Shown here piece by piece: positions 22,411 through 33,600 of a stretch of 64,000 nucleotides of DNA. A program made the position numbers and the translations under genes. The notes below the pieces were generated by a model. That model saw nothing but the letters and a program-made list of their open reading frames with translations, was not told the origin of the DNA and did no database searches. How positions within the stretch are numbered: the stretch's first letter is position 1; each line of letters begins with the position of its first letter. Source of the DNA: Chromera velia (lineage: Eukaryota); the NCBI GenBank assembly GCA_018398765.1, contig JAHBMJ010000499.1:62001-126000 (forward strand), given 5' to 3'.

Positions 22411-25400
22411 CTACTCCGAGTCATCCCTTCTGTCGTCAGAGTCCAGGACACCAGGATAGGGCATTTTCAGGAACGAAAGGAGGGGAGCGAAGGCGAATTG
22501 AATGGCGGCCGAAATGATATTGCTGACCCCCTCTGCAATACAAAAGGCGCCAGCAAGCGGCACCAGCGGGATCGGAAGCGGAAGTAGGAACAGACCGAAG
22601 ATGATACCTGCAATCCCGTAGGGCTGTAGTCACAGGAGGAAGGCAGGGAGGGGGAAAGGAAGGGTTGAATCTTAGTCAAGGAGTGTCAGAAACGACGCGG
22701 TTCATCGATGCAAGGAGAAGGATCGTCAGTTCAACAGAGCACCATCAAACAGGGGTTGGAGGGGACTTTGTTCATGTACAAAGTGGGCACGCACGTGCAT
22801 GGGAAAAGGAAGGAAGAAAGGAAGGAGACGACCTCTCCAAGCTTCTTCTTCTCCGTCTCGTTTTCTACAGTGACGTCATGAGCAAGGAGGAAAGGGAAAG
22901 AGCCGCTGTGGTGTCATCCTGTTTGTTGGACGCACACTGCTGTCTTTGGTCCGGAGCTGACACACACTCGCGTTTCCTGGCGTTTCCAATCAACGACACA
23001 CTAAATGACTTACTCACTCACTCACGCACTCACTCACTCACTCACTCACTCACTCACCCAACCACCACCAACTCACACGTCCTCATGCTCACTCGCAGGG
23101 AGGGAAAGAAACGGACAGGCAGACAGACAGCAGAGAGAGAAAAAAGTTTTCTGGGCGGGCGCATCGAATCGTGTGGAACGTCTCACTAACACCCGAGAGA
23201 CTCCATCATGTATAATACGGAAGGAAGAAGGAAGAATGCCTTTGCGTCACTGACTGACAATTTTGCCGAACGGCATTGTGTAGTGATGGACCAGGTTTTT
23301 CGCATACTGGATCGGGCTGGATATAATGCCCAAGGTACCCCCCTTCTCTTGCATCTGAAGGAAGGAGCCGGCCGTTGGAGCTACAGACGATCCCCTGAGA
23401 AGGAACGAAGAAGAGGTGCCCCCGTCGGAGGCCTCGATCATCTCTTGGAGTGCCTCATCGGCAACTGCAGTCTTTTCAACGTCATTCTGGGGCACCTTCT
23501 TTTGCTGCAATTAAGCACAGGGACGCACACAAACCACACACACAGACACAGACACTCACAGTCACACTGACTCTCACAAACGCTGTCACCCTCACCCTCA
23601 CCCTCACAAACGCACACACATACACACATGCGCAGAGGGAGACAGAGACAGAGAGACAGAAAGAAAGACAGGCAGAAAGACAGAGAGAGAGAGAAAGAGA
23701 TAGAGAGACAGAGAGAGCTGGGAGGATACCCTCCCCGCATCGTCACAGATCGTCGAACTTTCATTCAACTATCAGCACGCGTGAAGAAGATGAGATAGCT
23801 CAAAGAAGAGAAGAAAAGTAAAAGATTTGACTGTTTCTTCAATCGACGCTGAACGAATCTGAGGGTCAAGCTGACCGACTGACAAGAGTCACGAGGCCAG
23901 AGAGGATTTTGTCCACAGGAAGTTTTGCCACCTCCGCTGCCTTGCCGTGGGTGTTTGCATACTCGACAATGTGGTCCAGGAGTTTCTTGTAGATTACCAC
24001 AGCACACTCCATCCAGGACTGCATACGCCAAAAGCAAGGTGGGGCAATCAATCCACGGCTTCCACTCTTTCGTTGGAACGAAGGAGAGAAAACAAGCAGA
24101 AATACAAGGAAGAAAAGGAACGAAGTAAGGCCGGCAAAGGAGTCTCGAAGGGAGGAGGGTGGCAGGAAATTTTAAGGAAATAAAAAAGAGAAGAGAAAGA
24201 AGAGGGACAGACGACGATTCAAAGGCTCCCCTCTCTATCATTGCTGACATTCTATGACGAAGAGTGCCTGCCAGATTCTGTCAAAGCAGGAGGAAACAAA
24301 AGAAGAAGAAGAAGAAGAAGAAGAAGAGGGAGAAGAAGAGGGAGAAGAAGAGGGAGAAGAAGAAGAAGAAGAAGAAGGAGGAGGAGGAGGAGAAGAAAGT
24401 GTCTGCTCTCCGGCTGTTGATCGGACGTCGAGACTGCCCGCGCGTCTGCTCTTCCTACAGCATTTGCGTATCAAAACAAAGGAACAAAATCACGCCTATC
24501 CACTGTTGTGATTGCTGACCATCTGCTTGGCTTTGCACTCCTCCGCGAAGTCACCAAAGATGGAAGTGATCTTTGTCGCCACCTCTTCGGCGTTTTCGAG
24601 GGTCCCTAGGTCCCCAATTCCAAAAGTACAGGCAACAGTGAAGTACTTGAGGGGAAGTGAGGCTGGGTTTTCGACTCCCTTCTCCTCCTGCACAGGAGGG
24701 GGGCGAGGGTACAGAAGGAGAATTAAGGGGGGGTGAGAGAGAGACGTACAGATCTTATGAAGTGCTTCCTCCCTTCCTTGCAACTCGGTATCATTGCACG
24801 AACACTTTGAAAGCTCCGCTACAGCAAAAGAGATGTTTTTCTCTCCCTCTAACTGGCCATTGTGCATGTGGTGTCCTAAAGCCGCGCTCCTCTTTCCGTT
24901 TCCTTTCCCTCCCTCCCTCCCTCCCTCCTTCCTTACCTCTCTGTTCCATCCTCCCTGCATGTGTCCTATCTGTACGTAACGGTTGCCTCTTTGATTCACA
25001 ACAAAATCTCTTGTTGGGCCGTGGAAGCGCATACAGTCAGACTGACACAGCGCTCAATGAGAAGATCATCCAGACCCCCAGGGATGGAGGTTCCTGCACA
25101 CTCTTCAAGGTCGTTTATGGTCTTTCCCTCGCAAGCAGAGAAAATGTTGTATGCCAAGATCTCGATCCGCATGCGGGTGAACGGTCTAGTCATAGGAAAT
25201 CCCTTTTCCTTGGACTCGATCAGAGTGCGCGTGTAGAGCTCCAGGGCTGCCTTCTTGATCGGGACGGTGGTTCGGAGCTCGTGGTGATTCAAGACGGCTG
25301 GGCCGAGCAGCTCGACTCCGTCTACGGTGACACAGCACTGTGGGTTTCTGCATACAGGCAGGCATGTATTTGTTTGCAAGGCACTGGGCAGGTCTCATTG

Positions 25401-25844
25401 AGAAATGAGGGCAGAACGGATAAATGAACGAACGAACGGACAGACACAGTGCATGCTTTCTTTGCCCCTCTTTTTTTCTTTTCATGTATCGGATATATAT
25501 ATATACACGTGCAACTCATCGACAAGAAGACGGCAAAAAGGACTGCTATACGGAGGAGAGGCAACAAAATAAACGAAAATGTCTGTATGAAAGCCATTTT
25601 TCCGAGTTCATTGGCGTTCCTTCTTTTCTGAAGGGCTGACTGACTTCGCACAAAAGGCAAACTCGTCCTTCGACGGAGACGAAATGTACAAGTCTCTACA
25701 TGAAGAGTCTTCTCTCTGACTGAGGGACACAAAGGAGGAGGACGAGGACTTCAGAGTGGGGATACTGACAGCCACTCCTGTGGAAAGGAGGGCACCAACT
25801 CCTGTGGACAAGAAAAGAAGAACGGAAGTCGAAGGACGTCCCAT
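22411..25844 (-). CDS. Secreted/membrane Cys-rich hypothetical protein, multi-exon
   Basis: Signal-peptide-like start MGRPSTSVLLFLSTGVGALLSTGVAVS. Exons 25844-25645, 25347-25047, ~24820-24750, ~24687-24520, ~24018-23884, ~23507-23259 and a terminal exon ~22607-22411 reading IIFGLFLLPLPIPLVPLAGAFCIAEGVSNIISAAIQFAFAPLLSFLKMPYPGVLDSDDRRDDSE*. Small exons at ~22700-23000 and ~24240-24460 are not resolved. Confidence 0.65.
23010..23057. repeat. Intronic (CACT)n microsatellite
   Basis: Directly visible. Confidence 0.9.
24298..24397. repeat. (GAA)n/(GAG)n trinucleotide tract, a pyrimidine tract on the transcribed minus strand
   Basis: Directly visible; explains the spurious poly-E/K/S ORFs. Confidence 0.9.
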
Positions 25845-26119
25845 TTTGCTCTCGACAACCGTCTCTCTGAAGATTTAATTATTTGTGTGAAAACTTTCTT
25901 TGAGAGCTGGCAAGTTGGAGCCAACTTTCTTTTCTCTTTCACCAGCTGCAGATCTTTGTTCAAGCGAATGAGAGAACAGCTTTTGGGTCTCTCTCTTCAT
26001 TCAATTATTCATATAGACTTGTTGCATGCAGCTGAAAAAGTGCATGCACGGAGACGATCGATCTATATATACGCAAGAATTAAAAAAAATTAAAGGATAT
26101 AAAAGAAAAAAAACACAAA

Positions 26120-26250
26120 TTCTACGCATGCATATCGGCCGGGGCCCTGGGCCTCAATATTAAAGGGGGCCCTGCATGCATGCAACGCGGCCCTGATTTG
26201 CCGGCCGGCCGGGGCCGGCCTGCAAACTCAGTCAAACTCACGTCAAAATC
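26120..26250. promoter_or_regulatory. Putative bidirectional promoter core (secreted protein / cytochrome b561)
   Basis: Within a ~610 bp head-to-head interval; GGGCCC x2, CCGGCCGGCCGG, TGCATGCATGCA (26173-26184) and a direct repeat CAAACTCA. Confidence 0.6.
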
Positions 26251-26453
26251 GGATCGATGCACCAAATGATACGGCCAAGCACATACTGCCACTGTCAGTG
26301 CCACATGCCGGACTGATTCTTCTCCTTCCCATTTACAGCGCCAGGTATTTCCATACAGCCTTTCCCCTGACTGAAGGTGCCCGAAAGCAGGAGAGACGAC
26401 TACGCCTGCTCGAAGAGAATCTTGAAATTGACTAATCTTTCTTGAACAGCACA

Positions 26454-27486
26454 ATGTGTTGCACAAGGGGGACGTTGTTCATCTTCCTCCCTCTGTGTGC
26501 TCTTTTGTTTGCTGCGTCTGGTTTCGGCCATGGAATTTCTCTTTTTACCCTGCACCCAATCTGTATGGGAATTGCGATGTTCTACACTCTGCCAATGGGT
26601 ATCCTCTCATGGGTCCGACATCACAAGCACATAGACAAAAAGAAACACCATGTGAAGATGATGACATGGACAGCAGGACTGATGGCTTTGGGGTTTGCAA
26701 CAGCCTTCCTTCACAAATCTTCGCTGGGCGTGGAACACTTCAGCAGTCTACATAGCGAAGTTGGCCTCCTGTCGCTGTTGGCGCTCGCCCTCCAAGTACG
26801 CAGAAACCACCCTCAGCCCTAGCAACCGAGCATCACACAGTTTGCCAGTCTTGCCTCTGTATTCCCACTCCTGCCTTCTCCTTCCATCGGTATTCTGGGT
26901 GTGTCGAGCAAGTGCGACCCCACGCTCAGCTTTGTTCCCCTGTGGTCTTCTTCTGCCCACTTTGATGAGTCACTGACATCTTCCAGGGAGACGACCTAAT
27001 TAGCACAATCCTTCTTCCCACATGTACGTGTATCCTATGCTTTGATCGTCATCGCCTATCTGTGTCATGGTCTGTGTGCAGGGGTCCGGAGGAGCAGGAT
27101 TGCGGTATCTGAGTTACCAGTACCCGTGGATTGCGCAATATGCGAAGTATCCGCACAAATTGGCTGCCTTTCCTGTCTACTTCCTTTCGTCCTTTGCGGT
27201 CATGGCGGCGGTTCGCACTAAGTGGTCCCGTTCAAATCCGGTGATCGGAATCCGGGTGGTCAATTTCTTTCTGTTCATCACGGTGCCCCTTCTTTTCTTG
27301 TCAGTACTGATCTTCTTCTTCTTCTCAAGTAGTGGGTCGGGGAAGCCGGACAAGAGCAAATCGCCAAGGGAGGAGGACACAATGAGGTTACTTAATTCAC
27401 GCTCCCCGTCGGCCTATGACAGCGGGAGTACGGCAATAAACGGGGGGGCAGCAAAAGTCTCACGGGTACGAGGGAAATATGCATGA
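26454..27486 (+). CDS. Cytochrome b561 family transmembrane reductase (CYB561D-like), 2 exons
   Basis: Exons 26454-26795 and 27082-27486; about six hydrophobic segments; four heme-ligand His in the expected order: FTLHP, KKHHVK, HFSSLHS, YPHK. Confidence 0.85.
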
Positions 27487-29339
27487 CGCTCATGTCACCC
27501 CCTCTGCTGCCTGTCAGCTCAAGTCAAGGCAAGGCAAGGAAGAGGTTTTCTCAAAGGAGGAAATCCGGGGGGGGAAAGAGAAATAGAATTAGAGAAGTAG
27601 AAGTAGACTGCAGGGTTCTCAAACGGGGGCAGGGTGGGGGGGTTACAAGGGAAAGCAAGGGCCTCGGGTCGGGTGTAAAAAATGAATGATTGAATGATTC
27701 AATCAGTGAATGCATTGAGTCTATTAGACAGAGAAAAGCTCAGTGTGCGACGCACTGACTGCATGGCTCTCTGTTTTGGTTTGACTAATAACTTAATTCC
27801 TGCCTTTCTCCCTTCCTTTCTTCACTCACGACTGCCCTTTAGAGTCGATGAATCAATTCGAGTGTTTCCCCTAGACTCCACTGCAACCGCACACTGATCA
27901 CCTTCCTTCTTTCCTTCCTTCGTCCTTCTCCATTCGACAATTCGATCGCGTCTCCGTGCAATGAATGCATCGACCGACGGGCCGATCTGTCGGCGTGCGT
28001 CAATTCGAAGGCGAGTCGTGATCAGGACAGAAAGAGAAAGGAAACGGCTCGCGCGTTTGGACTTTAACTGAAACAGCCTGGCGATGCTCCCTCCTAGACT
28101 TGCAGGCAAACACTTCATTCAAGGCATGCAGTTTGATTGATTGGAGAATGAAAAAGACAGACAGAGAAAAGAAAGGACAGAGGATCCCGACGAGCATCGG
28201 GTCCCTTGCTTGCATGCTTCTTTCTTTCTTTCTTTTTGTTTCTGTGCGTGCATAGGTGACGCAATGTTGTACGCGTGGGTTGTCCTGTTCTCGCTTTACA
28301 CTCTCCCTCCCCTGTGTGTGCGTGAAGAAGCCGTGGTGCCGTTGCATTTTTCATTTCGCGGTGTGTCTGTCTGTGCGCGTGTGAATGAGTGTGCATGTGC
28401 GTGTGTGTGTTTGTGTGAGAGAGATCCTAAACGGATCCTTTGCAGACCGATAGACTGGACAGATCTCCTGCCTGCTCTTTTCTGTCTGCACGAGCGAAGG
28501 AAGAGCGTGTGGAACGAACAACGTCGGGCGTGGGTAGGTGGGTATCTTTGTTGGGGTGGGGGGAGGGAGTGTGAGTTGCAATCATTCTCTGTGTGTGTGT
28601 GTCTTCGGTTTTGAAATTTGAAGGGCAACACGAGGAAGGGAGGCGCCTCTGGTTGGTTGGACGGAAACTTCTGTCTGTGTTGCAAGCCTCCCACGACAGA
28701 GTAATTCGAAAGCCTGCTTTTCTTTCTTTCTTTCTTTCTTGTGCAGAGACATTAGCCGATAGACAGAAACAGGGAGTTTTGTTAGGGGCTGGGTGGGTCG
28801 ATCGGTTGGATAGGAAGCGGGTGTAGCCGTTGGTGGCATAATGTTGCCATGAATGCAGTTTGTGGGAAAAGGGGATGACTCGATCGTTTGTTGGGCACAT
28901 GCATTCTGTGGGGTAGAGAGCGATCGAATCGATCGAAGTTTTTTACAGTCAGAGGGTTTTCTCTCAAGTCGTGGGTCCTCCGTCATCATTTTCATCTAAT
29001 CTTAATTCTCCCATGGATCGATCTTCAATCTCCATCCGTTCTTCCTTCCCTTTCTCTATCCTCATCCACGGGTCCATCAATCCATCAAGGTGATCTGATG
29101 TGCGTCTGAGGGGCTGCTGTCTGCCCTTCAGGAACCAGTTTTATCCCTTTGGGTGTCTCAGTGTTTCATTCCCTTTGGAACAGAGACCCATTGAATTAGT
29201 GCACAGGAGTTTTGGGGGGCGGACTAATTCGCTGCATGACTTTGAGTCTTTAATTCTTGGTTTGAACCTCCATAAGTGGCTGGCTGACTCTCTTTTCCAG
29301 CCTGTTCTGAATGTTTCTCTCTATGAAACTGTGGGTTGA

Positions 29340-30410
29340 CCAACTTGAATTCATCTATTGAAATTCATATTTTCAATCTTTTTCTTTATTATCATCATCA
29401 TGGTTTGGGGGATTTATCTAGGGATTTATAGTATAGTGATAGTAAATATGTATATATGCATTGAAACTTTTAATACATAAATCAAATTTACAAGCAAATT
29501 TGAAAGTTATAGGCGGTCTTAGGAGTTAATTTAATATTTATTTAGATTACATGGTATTAACGATATGCAGTGTTAAGCACCCACTGCCTATAATCATACC
29601 TGCCCATTGCATAAGCCGTCTTAGTTACGATATGTAGTAGTTGGTATACAAAAATTAGGAAATTTCAATGAAACATAGTTTATTTTTCAAATTATGATTA
29701 TTTTTTACCCGTAAAATGTCGCCGTGCTGCGCACTAAACAGTTTTTATAACCTAAAAACTACTAAAAACTACAAAAAAGAAAAGGGGGGCCGGGGCAGAA
29801 GGACCATCACAGCCATCAAACGTTAAATTGGCCCTAAAATTGGCCTAATAATCTTTTATAAAGACTTCCAACCATTCTAAAAAACTATTGTTTGACTGAT
29901 GGCAGTCTGATGCATATTGATGCTGCAATTATAGTGACAATTTAGGGCTTTGCATATTATATACATTCAATATTAGAATACTGGTAAGTCATAAGTTGAA
30001 AATCTTGCATAAAAACTGCCATAACAGTGTTGTTCATGTCTTAATTAATTATTTTACTATTATAAGTTTAAAACAACAAAAAATATTCTGTATAAGGATG
30101 TTTTGTATATGTTATTTGGTACAAAATCTAGTATAAAATTGTTTAAAAAGGGTCTAAAATTGATACGTTGCAATAAACAAGAGTACAGGAATTCACTAGT
30201 CACTTACTAGGTCACTTTAATAATTTCTTGAAAAGGATCACTGCCATTTAAATGAATCCGGGTTTGAATTTAAGCTCCAGAGGTCAAATTTGAAGAAACA
30301 CGTCTATTAAATTGCCGCCAACAAGAGTCAATTGACGCACGGCACATAAAAAACAATCAAATGAATTCGGTTAATTTTTACTTGAGACTCAAGTTGAAAG
30401 GGCCTTACTA
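29340..30410. other. AT-rich intergenic island between convergent genes
   Basis: Abrupt GC drop, TpA-rich, no ORFs; lies between stops at 27486 (+) and 30684 (-). Confidence 0.85.
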
Positions 30411-30683
30411 CTACCGTGACTGAATGAGCGCTAGTGAAAACTTTGTTTCTCTTCTCTTACCGACGCAATATTCACTTGGGATGATCCCATCCTTTTTTCG
30501 TTCCCCAGTTTCTTCAATGACATTGAGAACTTTCAGTCGATCGAGTCGATCATTTTTCTTTTTTAAAGTCTGTCTTTTTGTCCCGGTGACATCTTCCCCG
30601 CCCTCTCTCTTTCCCCTGCAACCCTTGACTTTATTCCCTCCCTTTGTCCCTTCCCTTGCTTTCTTGGTCAGTCGGCGAGTGAT

Positions 30684-33600
30684 TCAATCTTGAAACTCCA
30701 TTTGTTCGTCCCTCACGTCCACGTCCAGATCAATCGCCAGACAATGCTCGATTGCGTACAGGAGCCGCACACGGAGAACGTCCGCAGACGAGTACGGCGG
30801 CAGGGACAAGCGGAAGGCGCACGTTGTTGAAGTCGGCAACCGGAGGTCGGCACTCACCCCCTGCAGGCGTATTGTTATGATAGGCAAATAGAGTCAAACG
30901 GCCGCACGCGATGCGGAAGAGCCATGCAGGCGGGCGTTTGCCAAAGAGAGAGAGAGGCTGAGCACGATAGAGGGTCGGGGTGACCGTCGATGACGATGTG
31001 AAGCTTCCAGTCCAAAACCTCTCCGAAAGAACAAAAGAAACTACTGCAACAGCCGGAAAAAGAAAGTCGACTTACCGGCTGGCTGTCGACTTCAACGTGA
31101 AACCTCCAGTCCCCTGCGGAGGGCAAACGGCATCGGCCCGACACGAACCTGCAGCCAGAGGGAACAAGGAAAAGAAAGATGGGAATTCCGTCAGATTCGT
31201 TTCTGAGAGTTCGTGGGGCGGTGTGTTGGGGTGGGGTTGGTGGAGGTGGGGGGGGATTGTTTTTTTAGGGGTTTCTGCGATTGGGTCTGCATGGTTGTGA
31301 AGTCCTAAGTCCAGCTTTGTTTTGAAGATCTAAAATCTAGATGGGAAAGAGAGAAAGAATCTCGATTCAGTTTGAGTATCTGTCAACACGCAAGTCGCTC
31401 CTCCGACTTCCCTTCCCCCCTCCCTCTCTCTCTGTGTATGTGTGTGTGTGTGTGTATGTGTGTGTGTGGCCAAACGTCCGTCTGCTCTCTGTACGTACCT
31501 GAGGAAGTTCTGCAGTTGCACGTTGGAGAAGCCTCTGAGGACCTCGAACAGATTCTTTCTGATTCCAGGGGAGTCACAAGTCGTGTGCCTCTCCAAAACT
31601 TCAAGGTCAATCGTTCCCTCTCCACAAATCAGACGCTCCAGCCGTCTGAATGCAGAAACCATCAAACACAAAGTTTAATTTGATTATGAGATCACGAGAA
31701 ACAAGGATTTGACGAGAGTCACCACTGGGACGCCCCCGGTGCCTTCAAAAATGGTGGATGAAGGGACAGAAGCCAGAAAGCAAAAACAGAAGAAAGGAGG
31801 GGCGAAAGAAGGAAGAGATGAATAAACGACCTAAGCGAGATGCAATCCATGAAAGACTTGTCACGCATACGTTTAGGGAAAGTATTTTTGTTCTTATCAT
31901 ATCTTCAAAGAGAGATGCTTCATTTCCATTTGTCGATGTGTCCATTTGTTTCCCTATAAGATGGCTCTGTTTGCCCCGTTTTCTCTCTCATGCTTTGATT
32001 GCATGTTTCTGAGCTACCAACCTTCCATCAAAAAGCAGGCGCATGCGGCCAAGTGGCAGCACAGCCCCGAGCCCCCTCGAGACCGCTGCTACGGCCGCGT
32101 CCCCCTCCAGCATTCGGCTTCTTTCTGAAAGACGAACAAACAACGGGAGCGTCCGACGAGTCACGCCCAGGCCCGCACCCCCAGGCAGGAGATCGACAGA
32201 AGTGCCAGAGGCGCTTTCTGCAGTGAAGGTCAAATCTTCGAAATACTGTGACTCGTCCTCTGAAATCCCAGCTGCAGCATCTGTCGAAGCTCCCCTCTCG
32301 GATCCTTCCACCTCCCCTTCCCCTTCAATCGGCTCACCTTCCCCCCTCCCCGTCAAATGTTCCTTTTGTTCTCCTCCACGATCGTGATCAGACGAGGAGG
32401 AGCACACGGGTTCTTGACTCGATTCAGGTGCTGCTGCCTCCCCTTCATGCAAAAAGTGGACCAGCCGCTCCTCCCCTCGGCAGGCACCCTCTGCTGCTGG
32501 ATGAGAGATGCTGCTGTTGTTGTTACAGGCACTGGAGCTGCTGCTGCTGCTGCTGGAAGATGAGGAAGAGGACGCAGGTAGATGAGAGGCGCCTGCAGAC
32601 ACGCCTCCTGGAGTCTCCGTTGCCGGAAGTGGAGCTGAATGGCTGCTGATCCTAATCTGGCGTGCCCGGCATTCCCTCCTTCTGGCACTCTCATTGGCAG
32701 ACCGTGCAATGGCAGCGAGGGTGACAGTCATCTGAGTGCCCACTGTGTCGCTTTCGTGCACGTCCTGAAAGGAATACGGAGCAGGATGCAATGCAAAGAT
32801 ATGACAGACAAGTCACAGAGAAAAAAAGAGAATCAAGTCGAGCAGATCAATGGTGATGGCAGGACAGAGCAAAAGAGGTGCAGATAGAGGGAGTGGGGAA
32901 AGATGCTAAAGAAGGTCTGGGGGAATAAACGAGGTCTTTTCCTTCCTTCCTTCTCTGCTTCCTTTGTTGTTGTTTTCCAAGCACCAATGTCCCTGTGATT
33001 TTCATTCAACGCCTCCACATCATATTCATTCAGGTAGAAAACAAAACAAAGAAAACAGACTATCGAATGTTTCGGTAGACCTATGTATCAACTCTCTCAA
33101 GCCACGTACTCACCGAGAGTTCCAGGGGGGTACCTGCCAGGCGTCTCCAGAACAGGGCATTCAGATTCATGTTCATAGGCGATCCCAACAGTCCCGCAAC
33201 CCCCATGACTCGCCCGAGAGCCTCGAGCATCCGAATTGGCAGCTTCGATCTCCTTCTCTCCCTTTCCAGAGCACTTGGGCACAGTTCTATCCCTACAGCC
33301 ATTCCCCCTCTCCCCTGCTGCTGCTGTGCCTGAGACCCCCGAGGGTACTGGAGTCTCGTGATTTCCTCTGCAGTCTGATGGAGGGGATCCACCATCCCCC
33401 ACCTCTGCACTGCATCCTGGGTGAGGGCACTGCGAATTCCCCCCCCGGCACTTTCTTCTGATGGCGATTCGTCATTGCAGAGGTGGTTGAAGAGCAGCTG
33501 GTGGAAGGGAGTGCCGACGGCCTGAGAGGACCCTGCAATACACGGACGGGGCACCACGGTGTCCTGGTTCGGTCCCATTGCTTGGGATGCATTTGGACAA

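Noticed and set aside
29490..30320. Possible terminal inverted repeats around the AT island (GGCGG...AATTTAA)
   Set aside because: Match too short and gapped to exceed chance in AT-rich DNA.
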